Shown: piece after piece, positions 9,457 to 20,363 of the stretch | Layout: each line of letters begins with the position of its first letter | Position numbering within the stretch: position 1 is the stretch's first letter | Source of the DNA: an uncultured Acidobacteriota bacterium | GTDB lineage: Bacteria; Actinomycetota; Acidimicrobiia; Spongiisociales; ZC4RG35 | Reading direction: 5' to 3' | Assembly (NCBI GenBank): GCA_963711895.1 | Contig: CAVQFU010000007.1 | Span: forward strand, 547,827 to 611,826 | DNA length: 64,000 nt | Position numbers and translations under genes: made by a program | Notes under the pieces: generated by a model | Databases searched by the model: none | Told to the model about the DNA's origin: nothing | What the model saw: only the letters and a program-made list of their open reading frames with translations

Positions 9457-12400
9457 TCAAGCAGGGCGGACCAGCAGGGACACGGTCCGCCGATCGATGT
9501 CGAACGACTCGCCCTGGTCGTCGACTGCCTCTTCGATGGAAACCGCGAGCACTTCGGCGCTTATCTCGCCGGCGTGGGTGGAGATGGCGGAGCGAATCAA
9601 GGGGTCCTGACTCCTCCACACGAGAACGACCCGGTCAGTCACATCCAGACCTGCTTCGCGTCGCAGCCTCTGCACCCGGCTGATCAGTTCCCTGGCTATG
9701 CCCTCGAGGAGCAGCTCATCGGACACGTGGGTGTCGAGAGCCACCGCGAAATCGAGCCCGGCCTCAACGACAGTTTCGTCCCGAGGCGTTCGCTCGATGA
9801 TGAGATCCGCCAGGTCGAGGTCGCGTCCGGCGATCGGAGACCGTGCCGCCTGCGAGGACGGCTTCGAGATCTTCGGGCTTCAGCGCTGAGATGGCATCTG
9901 CGGCTTCGGGCATCTTCGCCCCGAACAACGGTCCGAGCGTGCGAAAGTTGGCTTTGGCCGAGAGGTGCACCAGCGCTCCCTCGTCGGGGGACGTGGCCAC
10001 TTCCTTGACGTTCAGCTCGTCAGCAATCACGTCGGAATGTGTCTCGACTGCCCGGGCTACCGCCGAGTCGCGGGTGAGCACCGTCAGACGCATCAGGGGC
10101 TGACGGACGCGCAGACCTTCTCTCTTACGCAGATTCCGGCCCAGGCGAACCACCTCCCGGACCACCTCCATGGCCGACTCCAGGTCGCGATCGATCAGGA
10201 CGGTCCTGGCTTTGGGGAAGTCGCGGTGATGGACGCTGGGCACCGACTCGGGATCGTGGCGGGCCACCAGGTCTTGATAGAGGTGCTCGGTGATGAAAGG
10301 CAGCACAGGGGCAAGGACTTCGATGAATGTGGTCAGCACCTCGTAGAGGGTGGCGAAGGCAGCGAGCTTGTCGGCGTCGCCTTCGCCCGACTCGCCCCGG
10401 GCCCGCCAGAAGCGACGTCGCGATCGGCGCACGTACCAGTTGGTCAGGTGATCGATGAACCCGAGAGTGGGTGGCACGACGTTGTAGAGGTAGTAACCCT
10501 CCATCTGCGTGTTGACCTCGGACACCAGGCTCTGCAGGACGGACAGGATCCAGCGATCCAGCTCGGGCCGCTCACCTGGTTGCGCGGCCATCTCGAGGTC
10601 GGCAACGGTGATGCCGTCGGCCTCGGCGTAGGTGGTGAAGAAGCTGTAGGTGTTCCACATCGGCAGAAGGACCGTGCGGACCACCTCGGCGACACCGTCG
10701 CTGCTGAAGCGGAGCGGCTCGGCTCGAAGCACCGGCGAGTTGATGAGGAAGGCGCGCAGCGCGTCGGCGCCCATGTGGTCGAAGATCTCCGAGGGGTCCG
10801 GATAGTTCTTCAGGCTCTTGGACATCTTCCGCCCGTCCTCGGCAAGGATCAGCCCGTTGACCACGCAGTTTTCGAAAGCCGGCGCGTCGAAGAGGGCAGT
10901 GGAGAGGACGATGAGCGTGTAGAACCAGCCCCGGGTCTGGTCCAGGCCCTCAGCGATGAATTTCGCGGGGAAGGCCGCCTCGAACCGCTCGGCGTTCTCG
11001 AACGGGTAGTGCAGCATCCCGTAGGGCATCGAGCCCGACTCGAACCATCCGTCGAGGACCTCGGGAACCCGGATCATCGAGCCACCACAGGAGGAGCACG
11101 CCCAGCCGATCTCGTCGATGACATGTTTGTGGAGATCGGCGGGTCGCGCACCGGAAAGACTCTCCAATTCGTCGAGGGAGCCGACGGCGACCGCTTCGTC
11201 ACACCCAGTGCATTCCCAGACCGGGATGCAGGAGCCCCAATATCGGTTGCGGCTGATAGCCCAATCACGAGCATTTGTCAGCCAGTTCCCGAAGCGCCGG
11301 CTTCCCACGTAGTCCGGAACCCAATGGATGGTGTCGTTGATCTCCACCATGCGGTCTTTGATGTCTTCGACCCGGACGAACCAGGTAGGGATCGCCTTGT
11401 AGATCAACGGTGTGCCGGTCCGCTCACAGAATGGATACGAATGTGTTATCCGGTCGGCGTGGACCAGGTTGCCCGAGGCTCGAAGGAGCTCGATGAGGGT
11501 GGCGTCGGCCACCTTGACGTTCTGTCCGGCGACTTCGGGCACCTGGTCGGTGAAGTCTCCCTCGGCATCCACCGGATCGACCAGGGATTCGATCCCTGCC
11601 GCCTTGAGCGCGTAGAAGTCGGCCTCGCCGTATGCGGGGGCCATGTGCACCAGACCTGTCCCCTCGTCGACGGTCACCTCCGGGGAGGAGATGGTGCGGA
11701 ACGCCCCCGCCTCTCTCTCCGCGCTGAAGTAGTCGAAGGGTGGCCGGTACGGGACACCGAGCATCTCGGAGCCCTTGACCTCACCGACCACGTTCGGATC
11801 GTCTCCGAAGACCGTCGTCGCGCGCCCGGTGGCGATCCAATAGTGCTCGTCGCCTTCGATGATGCGGGAATAGGCCATGTCTTTCCCTACGGCCACTGCC
11901 AGGTTTCCGGGAAGGGTCCACGGGGTGGTTGTCCAGATGAGGAGGTAGTCGCCCGCCATGACGGGACCCGCACCTTCGAGCACCTCCAACCTCACGGTTA
12001 TAGATGGGTCCTCGACGTCTCGATAGTCCTTGTTCGCCTCGAAGTTGGACAGCGGGGTCGCCGCCCCCCACGAGTAGGGGAGGACCTTGAAGTCCTTATA
12101 GACGAGTCCCTTGTCCCAGAGCTGTTTGAAGACCCACCAGACCGTCTCCATGAATTCGGGGTCGAGGGTCTTGTAGTCGTTCTCGAAGTCGACCCAACGG
12201 CCGATGCGCTCGGTGAGGACCTCCCAGTTCTCGGTGTTCGCCTGGACGACACTCCGGGCCGCCTCATTGAACCGGTCGACGCCGTATTCGGCTATCGCCT
12301 TCGGACCGGAGATCCCGAGGCGCTTCTCGACCTCCATCTCGATAGGGAGCCCGTGTGTGTCCCAGCCAAACCGTCTCTCGACTCGATATCCGCGCATGGT

Positions 12401-12655
12401 CCAGTACCTGGGCACCATGTCCTTGATGACGCCGGCGAGGAGATTGCCGTAATGCGGGCTCCCGGTGGGAAAGGGTGGCCCGTCGTAGAAGATGTACTCA
12501 TTGTCGGCGGGTCGTCTCAGAACCGATTCCTCGAAGGCCTTGGTCTCACGCCAGAGCTCGAGAATGCCCTTTTCCATGGCGGGTATGTCCACCGCCGGCT
12601 CGACCCGGGTGAAACCGGTGGCCCCGGCCGGCCTGTCTCGTGCGTTAGTCGTCAT
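9457..12655 (-). CDS. ileS: Isoleucyl-tRNA synthetase (type 2); frameshifted as assembled (near 9835)
   Basis: ATG at 12655 inside the 9764..13036 frame. It has a HIGH-type PHYGNLL, KMSKS (RKMSKSLKN) and WAISRNRYWG. The C-terminal approximately 95 aa (ALDTHVSDELLLEGIARELISRVQRLRREAGL) are in ORF 9457..9744. The frames join as ...AGGTVS / IAGRDLDLADLIIERTPRDETVVEAGLDFAVALDTHV if one extra base near 9835 is removed. Confidence 0.9.
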
Positions 12656-12762
12656 GGAAGTCGGAAATGCTAGGGCGCGGCGGCGTGTTGCAAGCTTCGG
12701 CGAAACCCGTCCGATAACGGTCGTTCGTTGGTAGGGTTTCCGCCCTTTAGCAGGGGATTCTC

Positions 12763-13134
12763 GTGGCCAGACAGCTCGCCAAATCAACCGTGGACAAATT
12801 CCGGGCAAGACTGGAAGAGGAGCAGACGCGGCTGCAAGGGCTCGTCGACGACTACGAACAGGAGTTGGAAGAGGCACGACTCTCCGAGAGCTCGTCCGAC
12901 CGCAGCCCTGATCCCGGAAATGCCGAGGCCAGCTCGACCAAATTGGAATACGCCAAGGAGCTCTCGATCGAGCAGAACACACTCGATCTCCTGAGCAAGG
13001 TCGAGCGGGCTCTCGAGAAGATAGAGCAAGGCACATACGGCATATGCGAGAGCTGTGGCAAGGCGATTCCCCTGGCCCGACTCGACGTCCTCACCTACGC
13101 GACGCTCTGCGTCGACTGCGCACGCAAGGCTTGA
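12763..13134 (+). CDS. TraR/DksA-family C4 zinc-finger protein
   Basis: Coiled-coil N-terminal half plus a C-terminal CESCGKAIPLARLDVLTYATLCVDC four-cysteine finger. This is the usual actinobacterial position upstream of lspA. Confidence 0.8.
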   Translation: MARQLAKSTVDKFRARLEEEQTRLQGLVDDYEQELEEARLSESSSDRSPDPGNAEASSTKLEYAKELSIEQNTLDLLSKVERALEKIEQGTYGICESCGKAIPLARLDVLTYATLCVDCARKA

Positions 13135-13592
13135 TCCGAAGGTACGCCCTAGGGGTCGGGTTGGCCGCGCTCGTCGTCGTCCTCGACATGATCACGAAGC
13201 GCTGGGCGTCGATAGAGCTGGTCGACGGGGACATCGTGATCATCCCCAACTTCCTCGTTCTCACCTACACCGAGAACCCCGGCGCCGCCTTCTCCATGTT
13301 CGAGAATGCAGGCCCGTTCTTCGGCATCGCCGCCATCTCTGTCAGCGCCGCCCTGCTCTGGTCTCTCCGACTCGAGCGCCCGTGGATGGAAACGGCGGCC
13401 TACGGGCTGATCATCGGTGGTGCGTTGGGCAATCTCGTCGACAGGGTGTTCCGCGGCCCGGGTCTACTCGACGGGAGGGTCATCGACTGGATCGACCTTT
13501 GGTGGATCCCGACCTTCAACGTGGCCGACATGTCGATCACCATCGCCGTGGGGCTGCTACTGATACATGCGTGGCTGACACGCTCAACTTAG
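13131..13592 (+). CDS. lspA: Lipoprotein signal peptidase (signal peptidase II)
   Basis: In the 13044..13592 frame. The TTG at 13131 overlaps the preceding stop (TTGA), so the exact start is uncertain. Motifs are NPGAAFS, GGALGNLVDR, WPTFNVADMSI. Confidence 0.85.
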   Translation: MIRRYALGVGLAALVVVLDMITKRWASIELVDGDIVIIPNFLVLTYTENPGAAFSMFENAGPFFGIAAISVSAALLWSLRLERPWMETAAYGLIIGGALGNLVDRVFRGPGLLDGRVIDWIDLWWIPTFNVADMSITIAVGLLLIHAWLTRST

Positions 13593-14491
13593 AGGTGCCC
13601 GAGCGCCTCGAGGGACAGAGGGTCGACAAAGTGCTGGCTGACCTGCTCGACGTGAGCCGTGCCCAGGCTCGGGAGCTCCTCGACGCCGGTGTGCTCCTCG
13701 ACGGCTCGCCCGCCCGTCCCAGCGACCGTGTCCACGCCGGGGCGGTGGTCGAGTCGCCGAGGCCCGAGGTGGCCACCGGTCTCGTAGCCGAACCGGTCGA
13801 ATTCGGTGTGATCCATGAGGACCCGCAGTTGATCGTCGTCGACAAGCCCCCCGGTCTCGTGGTTCACCCGGGTTCCGGTCACGAGCGCCCAACCCTGGCT
13901 GCCGGACTGCTTCATCGATACCCGGAGCTGGAGGGGGTGGGGGCGGCCGGGCGCTGGGGCATGATCCACCGGCTCGACCGGGACACATCCGGTGTCCTGT
14001 TGGTGGGTCGCACCGTGGCGTCCTTCGAACGGCTCAGCTCCGACATGGCCGGCCGGCGGATACGACGGTTCTACACGGCACTGGTCCACGGCAGATTCGC
14101 CACCCCTACCGGCACAGTTGACGCCCCGATTGGTCGTGACCCGGACCGGCCCACGAGGCGTGCGGTCGTCCCCGGGGGGAAACCAGCAGTGACCCATTAC
14201 GAGGTCGTCGAGGAATTCGTGGCTTCCGACGTGTCTCTGATAGAGGTGGCGCTGGCCACAGGCCGCACCCACCAGATCAGGGTCCATATGACGGCGATCG
14301 ATCACCCGATCGTCGGGGACAGGGCCTACTCGAGCGTGAACAAGGCGGTCGACAGCCCCCGAATCTTCCTCCATGCCCATCGGCTGGGCCTCGATCACCC
14401 GAGCACCGGGGAGGCGCTGACCTTCACGGCTCCGCTCCCAACCGACCTCGCCGAGGTCCTCGATTTCGTCCGTTCCCCGGAGGAGGGGTAA
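13571..14491 (+). CDS. rluD: RluA-family 23S rRNA pseudouridine synthase (RluD-like)
   Basis: GTG at 13571 in the 13055..14491 frame. S4-like N-domain (RVDKVLADLL), catalytic HRLDRDTSGVLLV, and TGRTHQIRVH. Confidence 0.85.
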   Translation: MADTLNLEVPERLEGQRVDKVLADLLDVSRAQARELLDAGVLLDGSPARPSDRVHAGAVVESPRPEVATGLVAEPVEFGVIHEDPQLIVVDKPPGLVVHPGSGHERPTLAAGLLHRYPELEGVGAAGRWGMIHRLDRDTSGVLLVGRTVASFERLSSDMAGRRIRRFYTALVHGRFATPTGTVDAPIGRDPDRPTRRAVVPGGKPAVTHYEVVEEFVASDVSLIEVALATGRTHQIRVHMTAIDHPIVGDRAYSSVNKAVDSPRIFLHAHRLGLDHPSTGEALTFTAPLPTDLAEVLDFVRSPEEG

Positions 14492-14518
14492 GCCTGTGAG
14501 GGCGATACCGTTCCGGCC

Positions 14519-15346
14519 GTGACCCAGGATCACACCACCACACCGGCCTGTTATCGGCACCCGGACCGGAGCACCCTGCTCAGCTGCAGCCACTGCGGCC
14601 GGCCCATCTGCTCTTCTTGCTCGACGGACGCATCCGTCGGGCAGCGCTGCCCCGAATGCATGAGACAGGAAGGGACGCAGAAGGTGATCCCCACCGGGTC
14701 CCGAAGCCGGCAATCGATGTCTTCGGGCGCCCCCGCCACGATGACCTTCATCGCTGTGGCGGTGATCTTCTATCTGCTCGACGCCCTAGGCATCGTGGAC
14801 GGCCTGGTCCAGCGCTTTGCCCAGATCAACGTCTTGGTCGAGGATGGTGAGTGGTGGCGGATCTTCACCGTGGTCCTGCTCCACGCCTCGATCACCCACA
14901 TCCTCTTCAATATGTGGGCCCTTTGGGCGCTCGGCCCCCAGATCGAGCGGGGAGTGGGCACCTGGCCCTTTGTCAGTCTCTTCCTGGCCTCGGCCGGGAT
15001 GGGTGGTGTTTTCGCCTATTACCTTGGATCGCCAACCGACGTCGCTGTCGGCGCCTCGGGAGCGATTTTCGGGCTCTTCGGCATCTGGCTGAGCTGGGCG
15101 CTGCACCGAAGGAACACCATGCAGGGTAGGGCTCTGCTCGGTCAGCTGATCTTCCTCCTTCTGATCAATGCCGCTATCCCCTTCGTCTTCACAAACGTCT
15201 CCTGGCAGGCCCACCTCGGCGGTCTCATCGCCGGCTTTGTCATAGGTGAGATATGGAGCCGGATTCGCGGCCCCAATGCCGAGGCGATGCGGGCCTGGGT
15301 CGGCTTCGCCGTCGCGGTCCTCGCCGCACTTGCCGTCTCGATCTGA
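14519..15346 (+). CDS. Rhomboid-family intramembrane serine protease with an N-terminal zinc ribbon
   Basis: Cys-rich N-terminus (CYRHP...CSHCGRPICSSC...CPEC), then six TM helices with HASITHILFNMW, catalytic GASGAIFGLFG and AHLGGLIAGF. Confidence 0.8.
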   Translation: MTQDHTTTPACYRHPDRSTLLSCSHCGRPICSSCSTDASVGQRCPECMRQEGTQKVIPTGSRSRQSMSSGAPATMTFIAVAVIFYLLDALGIVDGLVQRFAQINVLVEDGEWWRIFTVVLLHASITHILFNMWALWALGPQIERGVGTWPFVSLFLASAGMGGVFAYYLGSPTDVAVGASGAIFGLFGIWLSWALHRRNTMQGRALLGQLIFLLLINAAIPFVFTNVSWQAHLGGLIAGFVIGEIWSRIRGPNAEAMRAWVGFAVAVLAALAVSI

Positions 15347-15393
15347 GAAGAAGACGCGCTCGCTAGTTCGAGGTTGCCATCCTGGGTCGCACA

Positions 15394-16836
15394 ATGACGG
15401 TCCCCAGGTCCATTCTCTCTCGTGAGCTCCTGCCGGCGTCGGTTGCCATCTTCACGACCGTCGCCATCGTCGCGTTCGAGGGTCTGGCAGTCACCGCAGC
15501 CCTGCCCGATCTCACCGCCGAGCTCGGCCAGGTGCATCTCCTGCCGTGGGTGATCACCGCCTTCCTGCTCGCCTCGGGTGTGTCCACCGCAATCGCCGGG
15601 TCGTTCATCGATTCCGTCGGGACGTCCACCGTCTTCAGGTGGGCGACATTCGCCTTCGCCGCCTCGTCGCTCGCTGCCGCTGCCGCGGGGTCGATGCCGA
15701 TGCTCGTGGCCACGCGTGTGTTCCAGGGCGCCGCCGGTGGGGCAATCATCTCGGTCGGAGTCGGCGCCGTCGCCCTCGTCTATCCCGGCCATCTGGTCGG
15801 ACGGGCCTTTGCCGCCAATTCGAATGTGTGGGGGATCCTGGGCTTCGCCGGCCCTGCGATCGCGGCGGCCTTGCTCCAGGTCGGGTCGTGGCGGTGGATC
15901 TTCCTGCTGATGGTGCCCATCTCCGCCGTCGCACTGATCGCCGGCTGGCGGACCCTGCCCGGCCCGGTGGAGCCCACCCCACTCCACGTCGACTGGATGG
16001 CGGTCGGGTTGCTGGTGGTCACCTTCGGGGCCCTGTTGGCGGCTGTGTCGAACTTCTCTGCATTCTCGGTCATCTTCGCCGCGGTCGCGGGTCTGGCCGG
16101 CGTGATGTTGTGGCGGAGAATGGCCCGCGGTGGATCGAGCCTGCTCGACCCGAGGTTCGTCGGAGATTACCCCTACCGCCAGCTTGCCCTGGTGGTCTCG
16201 CTGACATTGGTCGCCATGATCGGGCTGTCGTCGTATCTGCCCGTCTATGTCCGGGGGGCCCGTGGCGGCACGGCGGCCGCGGCAGCGTGGTCGGTCTTGT
16301 GGCTGACCATCGGATGGACCGCGGCCGCCAACATCTCCGGTCGCATCACCGATCGGGTGAGCGAGCGCGTTGTGCTCCGAGTGTCAGCGATCGGAGGCAT
16401 CCCCGCCGTCGCCGCCGCATGGGCGGCAGTCTCCTTCTCGGCACCGCTGCCGGTGGTTTACGCCTGCTACTTCGCGATGGGAATGTCGGTGGGGGCGGTG
16501 ACCAACTCCGCGTTTCAGATGGTGCGCCTGGCGGTGGCCGACAAGCTGGCCGGCCGGGCGACCTCCGCACACGCGTTCCTGCGCACGGTCGGGATGTCGG
16601 TTGGCGCGGGTCTTGCGGGTGGCGTGATACTGGCCACGGTGGCGGCCTCGGTCGGCGACATCTCCTCGGTCCGGGAGGCGTTGGCAGGCGGCGAGGCGGA
16701 TCTGGCCGGTGCGACTGCAACCGCACTGGCAAGGGGCTTCTCGATCGCTCATGGGGTCAGTCTGGTGGTCATGGCCGTCGCCGCCTGGATCGCCGGAAGA
16801 CTCGCACGCGGGCCATCCCACGGCCCCGCCGGGTGA
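15394..16836 (+). CDS. MFS transporter (14-TM, DHA2/EmrB-like)
   Basis: 480-aa highly hydrophobic ORF with an MFS-type pattern (GSFIDSVGTSTVFRWA, RVFQGAAGGAII). Substrate unknown. Confidence 0.7.
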   Translation: MTVPRSILSRELLPASVAIFTTVAIVAFEGLAVTAALPDLTAELGQVHLLPWVITAFLLASGVSTAIAGSFIDSVGTSTVFRWATFAFAASSLAAAAAGSMPMLVATRVFQGAAGGAIISVGVGAVALVYPGHLVGRAFAANSNVWGILGFAGPAIAAALLQVGSWRWIFLLMVPISAVALIAGWRTLPGPVEPTPLHVDWMAVGLLVVTFGALLAAVSNFSAFSVIFAAVAGLAGVMLWRRMARGGSSLLDPRFVGDYPYRQLALVVSLTLVAMIGLSSYLPVYVRGARGGTAAAAAWSVLWLTIGWTAAANISGRITDRVSERVVLRVSAIGGIPAVAAAWAAVSFSAPLPVVYACYFAMGMSVGAVTNSAFQMVRLAVADKLAGRATSAHAFLRTVGMSVGAGLAGGVILATVAASVGDISSVREALAGGEADLAGATATALARGFSIAHGVSLVVMAVAAWIAGRLARGPSHGPAG

Positions 16837-16856
16837 GCCTCCCTGTGCTACGGTGA

Positions 16857-19800
16857 ATGACAGCCGTGTCATTCGCCCACCTCCACGTTCACACCGAGTA
16901 TTCGATGCTCGACGGGGCGGCCCGGATCAAGGACGTGGTCGCGGCAGCGGCAGCGGACGGCCAGCCGGCGATTGCCATCACCGACCACGGAGTCCTCTAC
17001 GGCGTCGTCGATTTCGTCAAGGAGGCCAAGGCTGCCGGCATCAAGCCCATCGTCGGCATTGAGGCCTATCTGACCGAAGGGTCGAGATTCGACCGGCCGT
17101 TGGGCAACGCCAATCGGCGCTTTCATATGAACCTCTTGGCCGAGAACGAGGTGGGGTACCGCAACCTCCTCCAGCTCTCCTCGCGGGCATTTCTCGAGGG
17201 CTACTACTACAAGCCGAGGATGGACTTCGAGTTGCTCGCCGAGCACTCTGAGGGCCTGATCGCCACCTCAGGCTGTCTCGGCGGGATGGTGGCGCAGCTC
17301 CTCGCTCCCGATTCCATGAGCGAGGAGGGGAACAAGGGCCAGATGCGCGACTTCGACGCCGCCATGGCCGCTGCCGGGAGGTTCCAGGACATCTTCGGGC
17401 GGGACAACTTCTTCATCGAGATCCAGGACCACGGACTTGCCGCACAAAAGGCGATCATGCCCGACCTCCTCGAGATCTCCTCCCGGACCGGGGCACCTCT
17501 ACTCGCCACCAACGACGCCCACTACACCCACCGGACCGAGCACGACGCTCACGACGTTCTGCTGTGCATTCAGACCGGTTCGCTTCGGGCCGACACCAGC
17601 CGGCTTCGATTCGAGGGGAACGAGCATTATCTGAAGACCTCGGATGAGATGCAGCGTCTCTTTCCGGCCGACACCTTTCCCCGCGCCTGTGACAACACTG
17701 TCTCGATCGCCGAGAGGGTGAATGTCGACCTCGACTTCGGCAGGATCCTCCTCCCCAGCTTCCCGGTCCCGTCTGACGAGACAGAGGTCAGTTATCTCCG
17801 GAAGCTGGTCGACCAGGGGGCACGCGACCGGTACGGCCACGATGCCGCCCCCGAGATCTGGGACCGCGTCGAGCACGAGTTGAAGATCATCGAAGAGATG
17901 GGCTTCCCCGCCTATTTCCTCATCGTTTGGGACCTGATCCGCCATGCCCGGGAGAACGGCATCAGGGTCGGTCCCGGCCGCGGGTCGGCGGCAGGCTCGA
18001 TCGTGTCCTACTGCCTGCGCATCACCGACATCGACCCCCTCGCATACGGTCTGATCTTCGAGCGCTTCCTCAACCCCGGACGACGGCAGATGCCCGATAT
18101 CGACATGGACTTCGACGAGCGTTACCGGGCGGAGATGATCAGGTACGCGGCCCAGAAGTACGGGCCGGACCGGGTCGCCCAGATCGTCACCTTCTCCACG
18201 ATCAAGGGCAAGCAGGCGTTACGAGACGCGGCTCGTGTCCTCGGCCATCCCTACGGCGTGGGCGATCGGGTGGCGAAGGCAATGCCCCCAGCCATCCTCG
18301 GTCGGGAGGCGACGCTCCAACAGGTGATGACACCGCCTTCCTCCGATGCCGATTCGACGGCCAAGGACTGGTATGCCAACGCCCAGGGTCTGCGCGACCT
18401 CTACGAAGCCGACCCGGCGGTGCGTGAGACGGTGGACGCCGCCCGCGGGCTGGAAGGGCTGCGTCGGCAGGACTCGATCCATGCCGCAGCCGTCGTCATC
18501 GCCCCCGAACCACTGATCAACGTTGTCCCCATCCAGCAGAAGGGTGAGGGCGCCGAGGTGGTGACCCAGTTCGAGATGTACGGCGTCGAGTCACTGGGTC
18601 TGCTCAAGATGGACTTCCTCGGGCTCCGCAACCTCTCGATAATCGAGCGCTGTCTGGAGCTTGTCGAGGCCGCTAACGGGGAACGGGTGGACATCGACTC
18701 CGTCCCGCTCGACGACCAGAAGACATTCGAACTGCTCCAATCGGGCAACACGATCGGTGTCTTCCAGCTCGAAGGCACCGCGATGCGATCGCTCATCCGT
18801 TCGCTGAAGCCAGACTCGTTCGACGACGTCATTGCCCTGGTCGCCCTGTATCGCCCGGGCCCGATGGGCGCCAACATGCACAACCTGTACGCCGATCGGA
18901 AGAACGGCCGCGCCCCGATCGAGGCGTTGCATCCGGCCCTCACCGACAAGCTGGCGGACACCTATCAGATCATGGTGTACCAGGAGCAGGTCATGTCGGT
19001 CGCCCAGGAGATGGCCGGTTACTCGATGGTCGACGCCGACAACCTGCGCCGGGCCATGGGCAAGAAGATCAAGTCGGTGATGAAGGCCGAGGAGGAGAAG
19101 TTCGTCGCCGGCTGTGTTGCCCAGGGCCACGAGGAGAAGGTGGGGAGGGAGATCTTCGGCCTGATCGAGCACTTCTCGGGTTATGGCTTTAATAAGTCAC
19201 ATAGCAGCGGATACGGCCTCGTCGCCTATCAGACCGCATTCCTGAAGGCGCACCACCCCGCCGAGTACCTGGCTGCGCTGCTCACGGCCACCAAGAAGGA
19301 CAAGGACCGGACCGCGGTCTATCTCAACGAGTGCCGGCAGATGGGGATCGAGGTGCTCGTGCCCGACGTCAATGAGTCGGACTCGGACTTCACCGTCAAG
19401 GATGGCCGGATCCGCTTCGGGCTCTCCGCGGTGCGGAATGTGGGTGAGGGCGTGGTGGAGAAGGTCGTCGAAGCAAGGGCCGATGGCCCCTTCGACTCCT
19501 TCCACGATTTCGTGGACCGTGTCGACGTCTCGGCCCTCAACAAACGCACTGTGGAATCCCTGATCAAGGCCGGCGCCTTCGACGCCACGGGGTACCCGAG
19601 AAAGGGTCTAACGGTCGTATACGAGCAGATCCTCGATGGGACGCTGGAGCGCCGGCGCAACGAGGACATGGGCCAGTTCAGCCTCTTCGCCGGCGAGCCC
19701 GGGGAGGTCTCACACGGCCGGATCGAAGTGCCTGACCTGATCTGGCCCCAGAAGATCAAGCTGGCTTTCGAGAAGGAGATGCTCGGCCTGTACGTCTCCG

Positions 19801-20363
19801 ATCATCCGTTGCTATCGGTCGGCCAGTCTCTGGCGGCGGCCACGACCACGACCATAAGCCAGCTCGATGACCTGGCCGACAAGACGAGCGTGACCGTGGG
19901 CGGGCTGGTGGCGGGGATCACCCGCCGCTGGACCAGGAACGGGGATCCGATGATTTTCTTCCAGCTCGAAGACCTCGAGGGATCGGTCGAGGTCGTCGCC
20001 TTTCCCCGCACCGTCAACGACTACGGGCACGCCATCATCGCCGATGCAGTTGTGATCGTCAGCGGGCATCTCGATCACCGTGGCGACGAGGTGAAGGTCA
20101 TGGCTCGGGAGATCAAAGAGCTCGAGATCCGTGATGACTCCACGGTGCGGCTCAAGACGGCGGCTTCGAGTCTCACTCCGGAGATGGTCGCTCGCCTCAA
20201 GACCATTCTCTCCAATCACCCAGGCCCCGCCCCGGTCTACCTCAACATGACCAGCGAGCAAGGGGTGAAGGTGCTCAAACTGAGCGATGCACACCGCGTC
20301 GAGCCACGGACGGCGCTGTTCGCCGAGTTGAAGGAGCTGTTGGGGCCGAGCGCGATTCTCTAG
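16857..20363 (+). CDS. dnaE: DNA polymerase III alpha subunit
   Basis: 1168-aa intact ORF. PHP domain HLHVHTEYSMLDGAARI, polymerase core (GPGRGSAAGSIVSYCLRITDIDPL, PDIDMDF) and an OB fold near the C-terminus. Confidence 0.95.
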   Translation: MTAVSFAHLHVHTEYSMLDGAARIKDVVAAAAADGQPAIAITDHGVLYGVVDFVKEAKAAGIKPIVGIEAYLTEGSRFDRPLGNANRRFHMNLLAENEVGYRNLLQLSSRAFLEGYYYKPRMDFELLAEHSEGLIATSGCLGGMVAQLLAPDSMSEEGNKGQMRDFDAAMAAAGRFQDIFGRDNFFIEIQDHGLAAQKAIMPDLLEISSRTGAPLLATNDAHYTHRTEHDAHDVLLCIQTGSLRADTSRLRFEGNEHYLKTSDEMQRLFPADTFPRACDNTVSIAERVNVDLDFGRILLPSFPVPSDETEVSYLRKLVDQGARDRYGHDAAPEIWDRVEHELKIIEEMGFPAYFLIVWDLIRHARENGIRVGPGRGSAAGSIVSYCLRITDIDPLAYGLIFERFLNPGRRQMPDIDMDFDERYRAEMIRYAAQKYGPDRVAQIVTFSTIKGKQALRDAARVLGHPYGVGDRVAKAMPPAILGREATLQQVMTPPSSDADSTAKDWYANAQGLRDLYEADPAVRETVDAARGLEGLRRQDSIHAAAVVIAPEPLINVVPIQQKGEGAEVVTQFEMYGVESLGLLKMDFLGLRNLSIIERCLELVEAANGERVDIDSVPLDDQKTFELLQSGNTIGVFQLEGTAMRSLIRSLKPDSFDDVIALVALYRPGPMGANMHNLYADRKNGRAPIEALHPALTDKLADTYQIMVYQEQVMSVAQEMAGYSMVDADNLRRAMGKKIKSVMKAEEEKFVAGCVAQGHEEKVGREIFGLIEHFSGYGFNKSHSSGYGLVAYQTAFLKAHHPAEYLAALLTATKKDKDRTAVYLNECRQMGIEVLVPDVNESDSDFTVKDGRIRFGLSAVRNVGEGVVEKVVEARADGPFDSFHDFVDRVDVSALNKRTVESLIKAGAFDATGYPRKGLTVVYEQILDGTLERRRNEDMGQFSLFAGEPGEVSHGRIEVPDLIWPQKIKLAFEKEMLGLYVSDHPLLSVGQSLAAATTTTISQLDDLADKTSVTVGGLVAGITRRWTRNGDPMIFFQLEDLEGSVEVVAFPRTVNDYGHAIIADAVVIVSGHLDHRGDEVKVMAREIKELEIRDDSTVRLKTAASSLTPEMVARLKTILSNHPGPAPVYLNMTSEQGVKVLKLSDAHRVEPRTALFAELKELLGPSAIL

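Noticed and set aside
9965-12673. Very long alternative-frame or antisense ORFs in the track. Examples are 902 aa antisense to ileS, and also 7619..8686, 13589..14713, 21168..22277, 27560..29062 and 41933..42907.
   Set aside because: They are Arg/Gly/Pro-rich, motif-free shadow frames typical of high-GC DNA. In each case the opposite strand or another frame encodes a recognisable protein.
12656-12762. A T-box riboswitch in the ileS leader, as known for actinobacterial ileS.
   Set aside because: Only a 10-bp stem (GGCGGAAACCC/GGGTTTCGCC) with an AUC in its loop is visible. I could not find the conserved T-box sequence (GGUGG.ACCGCG-like) or an SD-sequestering helix. The gap is also shared with the divergent zinc-finger gene.
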